Counted from the stretch's first letter, positions 38,465-48,092 are shown. The stretch: DNA of 64,000 nucleotides from Candidatus Bathyarchaeota archaeon (GCA_963833575.1 CAWHXY010000004.1:256001-320000), one strand, 5' to 3'. Numbers and translations: made by a program. Notes: generated by a model from the sequence alone, not told the origin.

Positions 38465-38965
38465 TTAACCCACTTTATAACCTATTTTTCGCAGGAACCC
38501 ACGACGTTCAATGATGTCAGCTTCAGTTTCTATGCCTGTACTTTTTAACCCGTCAACAACGCCAATAATGCCTCTTCCCTGAGCAGTTTCAGCAACTATT
38601 ACTTCTAACGGGTTGGCAGTGGCCGCGTAAATTGTGCACACTTCAGGCACAATCTTGATTTTATCAAGAACATTAAGAGGATAAGCATTTTTAATGTAAA
38701 TGAGAAAGCTATGGCCACAGGCAATTTCAAGGGCTTTTTGTGCAGCTAAACGGCGTAGTTCGTCATCGTTTCCTTCGTGGCGAACTAGGCAAGGTCCAGA
38801 ACTCTCGCAAAAACCCAAACCGAATTTAATATTGGGCACAGAATTAACCAGTGCCTCGTAGAGGTCTTCAGCGGTTTTTATGAAGTGTGCCATGCCAATG
38901 ATTGTGTTGCAATCTTTAGGCGGGTCGACTTTTACTGTTTTTATCTCCAATTTTAAGCCTTCCAA
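38465..38965 (-). CDS. Adenosine-specific kinase family (DUF355) protein
   Basis: HFIKT.EDLYE, FG..FCESSG..LVR, AYP.NVL, ATANP.EVIVAET.QGRGI.GVVDG. Confidence 0.88.
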   Translation of the reverse strand: MEGLKLEIKTVKVDPPKDCNTIIGMAHFIKTAEDLYEALVNSVPNIKFGLGFCESSGPCLVRHEGNDDELRRLAAQKALEIACGHSFLIYIKNAYPLNVLDKIKIVPEVCTIYAATANPLEVIVAETAQGRGIIGVVDGLKSTGIETEADIIERRGFLRKIGYKVG

Positions 38966-39065
38966 CTTACTGTTAATCGTTTCTAGGGATATAATGTTTT
39001 AACCAATCGCCTTTAAGCTGGCAAAACCTAAATATCAAAGAATTGTATCTGATTCGGGAATGCAC

Positions 39066-39142
39066 GGGCTGGTAGTTCAGCTGGTATGAACGCTTGACTT
39101 GCACTCAAGAGGTCGGGGGTTCAAATCCCCCCCAGTCCACCA
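39066..39142 (+). tRNA. tRNA-Ala (TGC), CCA encoded
   Basis: GGGCTGG/CCAGTCC acceptor with G3:U70; anticodon arm CTTGA-CTTGCAC-TCAAG; T arm GGGGG-TTCAAAT-CCCCC. Confidence 0.96.
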
Positions 39143-39168
39143 GAATAACTCCCGGACATTTTGGGGAT

Positions 39169-39338
39169 TTATTTTCTTTTTCTGAATAGCTTGTTGCCGC
39201 TAAAGTCGCAGACAAATTCAAAGCCTGCGTCTATAAGTTGGCAAGATTCCAATTCAGAGTGTGCGACACGAGCTGTGAAGTCATCGTCTTTGACACGACC
39301 AGCTGAGTGTAAAGCAGTGTGTTGTTGATTGATTTGTG
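39169..39338 (-). pseudogene. C-terminal relic of a tyrosine recombinase/integrase (frameshifted, N-terminal portion deleted)
   Basis: Manual translation HKSINNTLLYTQLV (box II His...catalytic Tyr), a frameshift, then KDDDFTARVAHSELESCQLIDAGFEFVCDFSGNKLFRKRK*. The stop lies about 26 nt from the tRNA-Ala 3' end, in convergent orientation. Confidence 0.8.
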
Positions 39339-39460
39339 AGTAACCTTTTGGCTGATGGATTATAGCTAAGAAAAAATATCACTTGCGATATAAGGCTTCA
39401 CCGTCCTTGCGTCAAATCTACTGCTCACCTAATACTGCCTTGAACGCCCATAAACAAGCG

Positions 39461-39521
39461 AAAATAGGGGTTTTGCGGGTTAAATCACGAGGCTGATCAG
39501 GGTTCAAATTCGCACAATCCA
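39461..39521 (+). repeat. att-like repeat copy 1 (motif + degenerate tRNA 3' end)
   Basis: AAAATAGGGGTTTTGCGGGTTAAATCAC...GGGTTCAAATTCGCACAATCCA. Confidence 0.6.
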
Positions 39522-40089
39522 ATTGCACGCCACTAAAAAAACTCCTAAGGTCTTCTAAGGATTGGCGGGCATAGAAAGAACCGCCTTAGAATTATTATGT
39601 TTGTTTTTATAGGTTCTGATGATTAGATAATTAACTAAAGACCTTCCTCTATACCCCCCAATTTATTGAAGGCCTTTGACGCACAATTCTTCAAGAGCCT
39701 TCAATGTTCTGTTCCCAAGTCCCTTATCGCCGGAGAAAAAAGTGCCTGACAAGAATGCTGGGCGGAATTCTTCCAAAGTTATCTTGATGCTTCTAAAAGG
39801 AGCACAATTTGTCTCTCTCCTTTAACTCGTTTTTGACCACTTAGTCTGATGAGAAATACGAGCTGATAGAGGCGTCCAATTTGAGTTAAGCGAGTTAAAT
39901 CATATTTGCCAAGCAAGTTAGCTGCTTAAAATTTGAAAGGTGAGAGTTAGGGCGTTTTCTGCCCTTTTGCCTTGAATCGAGCGCTGTTCAGTTTTTCAGT
40001 TAAAGAATTAAGCCGATGCTTGAACTCTTCAGGAGATTCAGCGTTGTTAAAGACTGCCATCAAAAAACCTCAGTCACCTAAGTCCTACC

Positions 40090-40386
40090 CTAACTTTGTT
40101 GTCGCTCCGTGCAGATTTTTTGGCAAAGCACATGGTTTAGCTCCTGCTCAAGACTCCGCAGCTTCTTCTGTTGAGCCAACATGATAGACATGACCATGGG
40201 TTCAAAAATTATTGGATTGGTGGCGCAACTGCTTGCTGAAGCGAGACTGCGGCAACTATCCATCATCTGGTCAAAGGCTTGCCGATCTTCTTCGCTCGCC
40301 AATCCATCTTTGAAATTTTTCCATTTGCCAATCTCGACTTCCAAAGCCATTCTATAAGAAGGAATCGTCTTACCCAACTCCGACAC
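40090..40386 (-). CDS. Small helical protein of the 'MG(R/K)T.PS(Y/F)R' type, resembling the PolB2-associated arCOG07300 family
   Basis: GKTIPSYRMALEVEI..WK.F...L...DR..FD.MM...R..ASA.S; family link from memory, not searched. Confidence 0.6.
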   Translation of the reverse strand: MSELGKTIPSYRMALEVEIGKWKNFKDGLASEEDRQAFDQMMDSCRSLASASSCATNPIIFEPMVMSIMLAQQKKLRSLEQELNHVLCQKICTERQQS

Positions 40387-40735
40387 ACCTCCATAACTCT
40401 ACTATCATTTTCATAAACAAACACCTAGTTCGAGCATATCGCCTAAACTGTTTAAAAAGCAATTCAAGAAACATGTATTCGGGGCAGTAGAGAGAAGAGT
40501 GAAAATGAAAGTTAGATTGGACAAATGGGTTTCAAATAGTTTGTATTTTTAGAAAGGGTTTGCTGAGGCTCTGGAAAACAAAGGAGAAAATAAAGCAAAT
40601 GCAAATGCCCTATCTTCCAAATGCTATAGCTATCTCGTGAATTCTAACCAGAGCCTGCTCAGCCCCACTCTTCGTCCGATTATTTTTCTTCTTGACTAAA
40701 AAAAGGGAAATTGATTTTTTTGGGATGCAATTTTT

Positions 40736-43700
40736 TTAAGCTTTCTTTCTGAGGATTAGAAATCCGACGACCGCGACTGCGATGATTATCGCGATTCCTA
40801 CTGCTAATATGTATGTCAATAGGTTTGCATTTGTTGCTATGTCTGCTAATGTTGTCGCTTGCGGCGATGCTGTTGCTGCTGGACCGCCGACAACCATAGT
40901 GGTTTCAGCAGTTGATGGCCAGTATCCGTTGGTACCTGCGAACGTGGAGGTCACAGTATAGATGCCTGGAACGTTTGGAGGCGTCCAACCGAAATGATAT
41001 GAGCCACTTGCATCAGTTGTCGCGCTGCCAAGGGTTACGTAGTTGCCGTTAGGATCAAAGCCAGTCAAGGTCACTGTAACACCTGTGAAGTTGGTTGGTT
41101 CTGCTTGTTGCTGGTAGACATAGCTCATCCACGAGCTCATGCTTGTATCGGAAGCACACGGAACTCCGTTAGGAAAGTCAGCTGCCTGCTCAGTTTGCTT
41201 TGTGCCAGCGGCAATATCCATCACTGTTCCTTGGATAACTACTTTTGTACCTGCTGTAATAGCATCTTGTGGTGCCTGTACTGTGGTAGCGCTTGGTCCT
41301 CTGCCAGCACAGTAAGCTTGCATGTCGTAACCATTAAGGAATACTGCATAGCCGTCTGCGAGAGCTGGCGTGTTCATACTACCGTAATCTGAAAGTGTCC
41401 ATACTTCTTGTCCCGTAGTGGCGTTAATAGCGCGCATCAGTGCTCCTTTGTAAATCGGGTCGGTGACCGTGTGCTCATTACTCATCAGGTATACTATTCC
41501 GTTGCCACTAATAGGTCCAACGTAGTTCGGATATTCACCGTAAGGGGAGCTTAAGCTATAAGTGCTGTTGCCTGCGCCTCCGTTACCGTAAGTGAAGTCT
41601 AAAGCTCCAGTCAAATCGTTATAGGCGTACAATACTCCTCCCATTCCATCAGCGTAGTAATGACCGTAAGCCAGTGCACCGAGTATACCGTAGCCAAGCT
41701 CATAGTATTGGAGACCAGGTGTCATGGTTGCAGTTGGACCCCATATCTGTGCGCCTGTGTTCAGATTAAATCCCACAAATTGCATTGTTTCCTCATAATA
41801 TTCAACGAAGGTGCGGGTTTGCCAGTCGGCGCCTTGAATGCTGATAGTGAAGTTGCCTGCTGGTGGATTGTAGTTCTGCATCCATAATATCGAACCGATT
41901 GCTCCCCGAGACGCGTTGAGGTTAATGGCGAAGAGTGTGTATGGAAGTTGTGGCCAGCCTGTTGAAGTTGTCGAGAAGCCAACAGGTAGAGAGCCGTTTC
42001 TGCAAAGCATTATGTCACCAAAGTTAGCTGCAACTACAGTTACTGGATTTGTTCCGGATTGTGCATAACCATCAGCTCCTGCGGTTCCTTGTTCAGTTGG
42101 TGTTACTAGCAGTCCGTTGGCGGTGTTATAAGTGGGTTGCAAAGGCATGGTGTTGAGCCATGGTATCGAGACGTTCCAGTCGTAAGTGGTTTGAGCCATG
42201 GTATTAGTTGGATATATAGTGCTGGAGTTTAAGGGGATGTTTGCATTGGCTATGATTGAGGAACCATACGGGACGAAGACGGTTGCACCGGGGGCGCCTG
42301 GTGACGTAGGTGGTAGTGTGGCAGTGGTGCCAAACGGTGTTATTGGAACACCTGTAGATGAAACGAGTGCTCCGTTGGTTGCATTTATGATTGATGGGTT
42401 AGTACTTCCGCCCGAGCTGTATGGGTTTACATCGTATTGCCATATCTTAGATGAGTTCCACTCTTGTAGATACCACTGTGGATTCGTCGAAGTGCCGCAG
42501 TTGGCAAAGACATATCTGATCTGTTCGCTGCTTGGGCCTGGTACAGTCGCAGTTGTTAGAGCTGTGGCTGGCTTGCCCATCTCTAGCTGGCCCGTCGCGG
42601 GTGCAAATCCTGGAACATTAGTGATGTTGAACAAGCATGTACCTGTCAATCCATCGAAAACCTCCCACATTGAAGGCAAACCGGTTACACTTCCTCCTAT
42701 AGGTGAGAATAGCATTGGTTGGAATGCGCCGTGTTGTTCGCCGTTCCAAAGGTTGTAGATGTAAGCGAATGATATGCCATTTATATTATTCGAAGACCAA
42801 ATAAGTTGTCCTGTTTGCAGGTTGATGCATTCCTCTGGCCCAGTTCCGGTGACTCCTACTGTGCTCTTGAAGTACATCATTCCGTCTACTATTATCACTT
42901 GACCTCCGAACCCTGAGAATGAACTGGCGAATCTTCCAAGATAGCAAGAGCCCTCGAAGTAGCCAACTCCTTGAGCATCAGTATACAGGTTTCCTCCGAC
43001 TGTTCCACCTGATGTCAGCGGCAGCGTCCACATGACGTGAGGAGTCAGAGGTCCTACAGAATCGCCATGAAACACTGAGGAGCTAGTATAGCCTGCTGCT
43101 TGTGGTGAACCTGTGCCTAGCCAGTCAGACGAAATTGTGTACCAATTAGAGTTCTCACCGTATATTGGTCGAGTCCAGTAGCTTGTCGGCATCGGTTCGC
43201 TGTTTACGGCTGATGGTATCGGTGTTTGTTGAACAGTGACTGTTGTTGATGCGCTGCTTGGCAGATAAGTGTCGTTGATTAGTATTGAACCGGAGTAGCC
43301 ATTGCCTCCTGCTCCATATACTTGTCCTGGGTAATTAAAGGTGAGAGTGTACGTGCCAACCTGAGTGGGAGTGAAGGTAGCGTACACATTTGATGTTGGA
43401 TCCCAGACAGTAGGCCAAGTCTGCGTTGTGTTTGTGCCGTCAGGCGCTGTGATAGTGAGCTTGAAGTTCTGGAATCTCCAAACGTTTGATGTCAATGATG
43501 CGCTTGCTGTGGCGCCAGTCGTTCCAGGGAGAGCAGTCGTTCCGCCAGCTGCTCCATAAACAGCGTTGAGCCAGGCATAAACAGTTTCTGTTTGACCGAC
43601 ACCTATAGGGCTTGGCGTCGCTTGAATGTAGGCATATGTTGGAATTTGCCATGCGGGTGTATGTGCTAAGGCATTTGGTATTAGTGCCATTGAAGTTGCC

Positions 43701-43762
43701 ATTGAAAGTATAAAGAATATTGCAATCAATATAGCTGAAATTTTATTTTTTAGTATTTTCAT
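40736..43762 (-). CDS. Giant (~1000 aa) secreted, C-terminally anchored beta-rich protein (PQQ-like beta-propeller plus Ig-like domains)
   Basis: Signal peptide from ATG 43762; repeated IN..TG..IW / AINATTG.EVW propeller motifs; T/S/G/P/N-rich; C-terminal TM helix followed by RKKA. Confidence 0.8.
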   Translation of the reverse strand: MKILKNKISAILIAIFFILSMATSMALIPNALAHTPAWQIPTYAYIQATPSPIGVGQTETVYAWLNAVYGAAGGTTALPGTTGATASASLTSNVWRFQNFKLTITAPDGTNTTQTWPTVWDPTSNVYATFTPTQVGTYTLTFNYPGQVYGAGGNGYSGSILINDTYLPSSASTTVTVQQTPIPSAVNSEPMPTSYWTRPIYGENSNWYTISSDWLGTGSPQAAGYTSSSVFHGDSVGPLTPHVMWTLPLTSGGTVGGNLYTDAQGVGYFEGSCYLGRFASSFSGFGGQVIIVDGMMYFKSTVGVTGTGPEECINLQTGQLIWSSNNINGISFAYIYNLWNGEQHGAFQPMLFSPIGGSVTGLPSMWEVFDGLTGTCLFNITNVPGFAPATGQLEMGKPATALTTATVPGPSSEQIRYVFANCGTSTNPQWYLQEWNSSKIWQYDVNPYSSGGSTNPSIINATNGALVSSTGVPITPFGTTATLPPTSPGAPGATVFVPYGSSIIANANIPLNSSTIYPTNTMAQTTYDWNVSIPWLNTMPLQPTYNTANGLLVTPTEQGTAGADGYAQSGTNPVTVVAANFGDIMLCRNGSLPVGFSTTSTGWPQLPYTLFAINLNASRGAIGSILWMQNYNPPAGNFTISIQGADWQTRTFVEYYEETMQFVGFNLNTGAQIWGPTATMTPGLQYYELGYGILGALAYGHYYADGMGGVLYAYNDLTGALDFTYGNGGAGNSTYSLSSPYGEYPNYVGPISGNGIVYLMSNEHTVTDPIYKGALMRAINATTGQEVWTLSDYGSMNTPALADGYAVFLNGYDMQAYCAGRGPSATTVQAPQDAITAGTKVVIQGTVMDIAAGTKQTEQAADFPNGVPCASDTSMSSWMSYVYQQQAEPTNFTGVTVTLTGFDPNGNYVTLGSATTDASGSYHFGWTPPNVPGIYTVTSTFAGTNGYWPSTAETTMVVGGPAATASPQATTLADIATNANLLTYILAVGIAIIIAVAVVGFLILRKKA

Positions 43763-44120
43763 TTTGTGTTTTTCTTCCTTTCTATTTTTGTTTCGATTGA
43801 GAAGAAGCTGAGAAAGATGCCTCTTCCCAACTACTTTGCTCTCTTTATCTTTGAGTGTAAATAATTTGCGTAAAGCATTTGGGGAATAATACAGCAAAAA
43901 ACTACCATTTTTTAAATATAAAAGAAAAAAATTGTAATGAAAAAGGCAAATTCTATTCAAAAAATCCTAAAAAACCTGTTTTTACGTACACGCGAGTTAA
44001 TAGTCTTCAAGAGGAAAATTCATTAAATAACTTGCATATAAAACTTAACTATTTTACCAAAATTATAAATTCTAAAGCTTTTTATCTACATGCACCATGA
44101 AAAGCTATTCAGGAATATAG

Positions 44121-44594
44121 ATGAGTGCTAAAGCAGAAATTGACGAAATTGACATCATAATTTTGAAGGAACTAATTAAAGATGCGAGAACAAAATGCAC
44201 AGAAATAGCAAGAAAGTGCGGGTTATCAGTTCCTGCCATAACAATGCGAATAGAACGGCTAAAAGCAACTGGTGTAATAACCGGAGCAGCACTTTACATA
44301 AACATGAGCGTTATAGGCTACCTTCAACCAGCCACCATAATGATAGAAGCTACTCCTGACCAAGAATCAACAGTCATCAAAATAGCAAAACAGCTGTCGA
44401 ATTTAGTGATGATAGATAGAAGCGTTGGCATGAGCAATTTAGTCCTTTTCTTAGTTGCTGAAGATATAAAAAAAATAGACGCAATAAAGCAGAGCATTAA
44501 AAAACAAGCGAAAGTAGGAAAAATACAAGTCAGCTTCTGGCACACTCCAGAGTTTATCTTTGAAAATATTGACCTTCAACAAACAGGATCTTGA
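44121..44594 (+). CDS. Lrp/AsnC family transcriptional regulator
   Basis: IDEIDIIILKELIKDAR...EIARKCGLS..AI..RIERLKATGVI. Confidence 0.9.
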   Translation: MSAKAEIDEIDIIILKELIKDARTKCTEIARKCGLSVPAITMRIERLKATGVITGAALYINMSVIGYLQPATIMIEATPDQESTVIKIAKQLSNLVMIDRSVGMSNLVLFLVAEDIKKIDAIKQSIKKQAKVGKIQVSFWHTPEFIFENIDLQQTGS

Positions 44595-45067
44595 AGTCCA
44601 TGGATAAGATTGATGAAAGCATATTAAAGGAAATTACAAAAAATGCCCAAACACCTTTTCTAAAAGTCGCAGACAAACTCGGCATTTCATCTAAGACTGT
44701 TAAAGAAAGGTACGAAAAAATGAAGAAGAATGGAATAATTCTACGTCAAACTATTACACTTGATCTTTCAAAAATAGGGTATCAAGGCAAAGCGTACTTA
44801 GCAATTACGAATTCCCCAGACCAAGATAGAGCAACGACCATAAGAGCCCTGAAACGAGTGCCCAACATATTCATGATAACAGAAATCGTAGGAGATTTCG
44901 ATATTTTAGCACTTGCAGTAATTAGAGACCTCAACAGTTCAATCAATCTTGTAAAGGAAATCAGAGAAATCCCAAGCGTACAGCAGGTGCAAGTAGCTCT
45001 TGTTGCTGATGCCTCCTTCCCAGTTGGAGAGAGGTTTAGCGAACTTTTCATAAGAGAGACCCATTAA
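44591..45067 (+). CDS. Lrp/AsnC family transcriptional regulator (tandem)
   Basis: MDKIDESILKE..KNAQTPF..VA.KLGIS..TV..RY, plus a RAM domain with GDFDIL. Confidence 0.9.
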   Translation: MKSMDKIDESILKEITKNAQTPFLKVADKLGISSKTVKERYEKMKKNGIILRQTITLDLSKIGYQGKAYLAITNSPDQDRATTIRALKRVPNIFMITEIVGDFDILALAVIRDLNSSINLVKEIREIPSVQQVQVALVADASFPVGERFSELFIRETH

Positions 45068-45220
45068 AGCAATTTGACTTTTTGCAAGCATGCGCTAGTA
45101 TTTTTTTGAGAAACTTGGCACGCCCAGTTGCAATCGTTCCACTATTCAGATGCTTAGACATTTGGCACTAATAGGTAATGTTCCGTTGGTGTTTGAGTTG
45201 TGGGTTAGCACGCCGCGCTG

Positions 45221-45277
45221 AAAAAAAGGGATTTCGCGAGTGACAACTCAAGGGCTTCGAATCCCATCCCCGCACCA
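45221..45277 (+). repeat. att-like repeat copy 2 (motif + 3' end of a non-Ala tRNA)
   Basis: AAAAAAAGGGATTTCGCGAGTGACAACTC-AAGGGCTTCGAATCCCATCCCCGCACCA. Confidence 0.72.
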
Positions 45278-45318
45278 AATTTTCTTAAGCATTAAAGTCC
45301 TAATTATGTTGAGAATGC

Positions 45319-45984
45319 ATGAATTGGAAATGGAAGCTCCTATCGTTCATGGTCGTCATGATTATTGTGGTTTCAGGAGTCACAGTCTTCTTTCTAAACT
45401 CAGTGAATGCCCCTAAGCAGCAAGAATTGCCGATTCGCATCGCATGTGTTGGAGATAGTATAACAAATGATTCTGGTTACCCAGATGACCTTTGGATGCT
45501 TCTTGGCGCAAACTACAACGTAAGCAAATTCGGCGCGGGCGGTGCAACGGTAACGCTAAATTCTGAAAAGCCCTACATCGACCAAATTGAAATGCAGGAA
45601 GCAAAGAACTTCCAACCAAATATCATCATTATCATGTTAGGAACTAATGATGCTTACCCAGGCTTTCAAAGATTCAACGCAACCTTTGTAGAGGATTACA
45701 AACAGCTAATTGCCCAATTTCAAGCGCTGCCTACAAACCCGAAAATTTGGGTTGTTAAGCCACCGCCGATTTTCAATAACGGCACAGGGTTAAGCACCGA
45801 ATTCTTTGATTCAACCATTATTCCCAGAATTGAATTGGTCGCAAAAGAAACCAACTTGCCCATAATCGATGTCTATTCAGTGCTGGCTGGCCATCCCGAT
45901 TTTTTTGTTGATGGGGTGCACCCGAAAAGTGAAGGCGCAAAAGCAATCGCTTACGAGATTTACAAGGCATTAACTTCAACTTAA
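45319..45984 (+). CDS. Membrane-anchored SGNH/GDSL esterase/lipase
   Basis: ACVGDSIT (block I), MLGTND (block III), DGVHP (block V); N-terminal TM helix. Confidence 0.92.
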   Translation: MNWKWKLLSFMVVMIIVVSGVTVFFLNSVNAPKQQELPIRIACVGDSITNDSGYPDDLWMLLGANYNVSKFGAGGATVTLNSEKPYIDQIEMQEAKNFQPNIIIIMLGTNDAYPGFQRFNATFVEDYKQLIAQFQALPTNPKIWVVKPPPIFNNGTGLSTEFFDSTIIPRIELVAKETNLPIIDVYSVLAGHPDFFVDGVHPKSEGAKAIAYEIYKALTST

Positions 45985-46047
45985 TGCTAACTTTTGCCCA
46001 TTCCGTTTTTGGTTTGTTAGATAAAACTTTACCCTACAACGATCACT

Positions 46048-46109
46048 AAAAAGGGATTTTGCGAGTGAAATCTCTTGCAGAGCGAGGATCAAATCCCCCC
46101 CCAGTCCAC
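46048..46109 (+). repeat. att-like repeat copy 3 (motif + near-exact tRNA-Ala 3' end)
   Basis: AAAAAGGGATTTTGCGAGTGAAATCTC...TCAAATCCCCCCCCAGTCCAC versus tRNA-Ala TCAAATCCCCCCCAGTCCAC (one extra C). Confidence 0.8.
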
Positions 46110-46668
46110 TCCAACACAAACTTTTCACTGACTAAACGATAGAATAAGTCAAACTTAGAAATTGTTTATTGTATTTTATAGTTCTGGTGACAAGCTATTT
46201 TCCCGAAGAATCTTTCTCCGTCTATACCCCAAGATTTTTGAAGGACCTTGTACATGCCGCCAAGCTCTTGCTGGGCAAACAAATCCGGATAGCAGTTCTA
46301 TTTATTATCAATATTCTCAGTTCATAAGACTTATTTTCGAAGAAAAAGCAGAAGACTATTGAAACAACTTGCGCGTCAATGAAAAAATCTTAGGCTCTCT
46401 CGCGTTGATATTTCTTAGTTCAGGCTGCGTACCTGCTTACTTTCATTTTAAGCTTTATGCGATTGTGTTTTGGATGTCTGGTTTTGCTTTGATGAATGTA
46501 CATATTTTTGTTTTGTCGCGGAAAAAATTCTAAGGCCTGCCGCAAATCGAGCAGTATAAAGACAACCAAGACAAATATTATTTTATACGTTCTGATGATG
46601 AGATAAAATTCAAAATACCTCTTCTCTTCTGCAGGAGTGAAATTTCAGAAGACTTAGTAGATTCACTA

Positions 46669-46869
46669 CTAATTTATGTTTGGCGGATTTATTTCGCTCG
46701 CAACGATCAGAACCTGCTCCGTCAAGAACTGTTCCAACCAGTCAAGCCTATCGGAGCTGTCAAGTGCTTCTTTGTGTGCAGCCACATGAGTCTTAACGGC
46801 AATGCTCATGGCTTTCAAATCCGGAACAATTAAGATTTCAGAGCCGCATATACATCTTATAATAGGCAT
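46669..46869 (-). CDS. Small putative Zn-binding protein (CxC...HxxxH)
   Basis: MPIIRCICGSEILIVPDLKAMSIAVKTHVAAH; the ORF extends upstream to 46956. Confidence 0.6.
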   Translation of the reverse strand: MPIIRCICGSEILIVPDLKAMSIAVKTHVAAHKEALDSSDRLDWLEQFLTEQVLIVASEINPPNIN

Positions 46870-47435
46870 CCCTTTGTCACGTAGAGCGAGTTTGTTTTTG
46901 CGGTTTTGACCTGAATTGCAATTAATTTCTTGAGTACTTCGTTTTGTCATGCCCATTCAATCTAGACTTGCCCACTTTTTGGTCTGCAACGGGAGCAAGT
47001 GGATTTCCATATTATCCTGCAAAACATAAAAAAGATTGTGATAGGCTTAGCGCAATCACATGCGAATAATTCCTTTTATTTATTTAGTTTTAGATTCATT
47101 CTTGATTCTAGAGAAAAGTTTTATCAACAAAATGCTTGATTTCTTGAATCAAACAACCGCTGACTGGCTTTCTTTCGCAAATTTGATCAGCGTAGAGGCA
47201 GACTGAGTGAATTGACAAGTGCGATACGCCCACAAGCAGAATCATGAACAGCATGCCTTGACCATTTTTTTTTCACACGCATATAGCTTAAAATTCTCTT
47301 TCTTGATTCAAAATACATAATTTGTCAATTAACTGGAATCAAACAACGTGAAATAGCAAAAAGTTTATAAAAAATCAGCCCGTTATTGCACTGGAAAGAC
47401 CACCTCTGAAACTGGAGAATCATGAGGCACAGCAG

Positions 47436-47705
47436 ATGAGACGATCAAAACTAGAAAGTTACGTTGACATCCTCAAAGTATTAGCGCATACCGGTCCATT
47501 AAAGCTAACACACATCATGTACAAATCTAATTTCAACGGAAACATACTCAGAGAATATCTTGACTTTCTAATCAAGCAAGGCTTGATAGAAGAACGAACA
47601 ATCAAAAAGAGACACTCACTTTTCGCCGTTACTCAACGAGGCATGACAGTGCTGAAGCATTTCCAAGAACTCACGCAAGAAATATCCGCCATAGAAGAAC
47701 CATAA
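47436..47705 (+). CDS. Winged-helix regulator (archaeal HTH_45 type)
   Basis: MRRSKLE..VDIL.VL...GPLKLTHIMYK.N.N...L.EYL.FLI.QGLI...T.RG. Confidence 0.85.
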   Translation: MRRSKLESYVDILKVLAHTGPLKLTHIMYKSNFNGNILREYLDFLIKQGLIEERTIKKRHSLFAVTQRGMTVLKHFQELTQEISAIEEP

Positions 47706-48092
47706 ATTCAAACAAAGACCCGATTCTAATTGGGCTCAATAGGATAATACAACTCGAAATTTTGTGTATGAAAAACCTTTATGCCCAAGTTAAGAAGACG
47801 CATGAAGGTTTCCCTTGCAAGTGGGTGACCACTAAAGTAACATTTCAAGAGTATGTTCACTTGATGAAAGAGCAGGTTGGGAAAACAGAAGAAATTAAGA
47901 AGAAATTGAACAATTACGAGTCTTTGAAAGACTGAGGCAACAAAAAGTGCAAAGAACAAATCAGCAATAAGAAATTCAACACGATTAGCCGTTTGGAAAA
48001 CTATGAGACAGCCTAACTCAATGCTTACAGCAAAAAACGGCCAGAAAAAGTCAAATAAGAACTGAAGATAGAACTGGAGCCGCTGCTCAATT

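Noticed and set aside
39847-39870. CTGATGA as a hammerhead ribozyme core
   Set aside because: No stem II followed by GAAA and stem III in the required arrangement.
41105-43652. Overlapping ORFs within the giant surface-protein gene (e.g. 42198-42758)
   Set aside because: Shadow or alternate-frame ORFs expected in GC-richer coding sequence; no motifs.
45250-45277. Possible intact or split tRNA gene
   Set aside because: Only T arm and acceptor-like sequence is present. There is no D or anticodon arm, and no complementary leader or BHB partner typical of split tRNAs was seen.
47726-47959. 77-aa minus-strand ORF
   Set aside because: No RBS or recognisable motif, in an A-rich intergenic stretch; unsupported.
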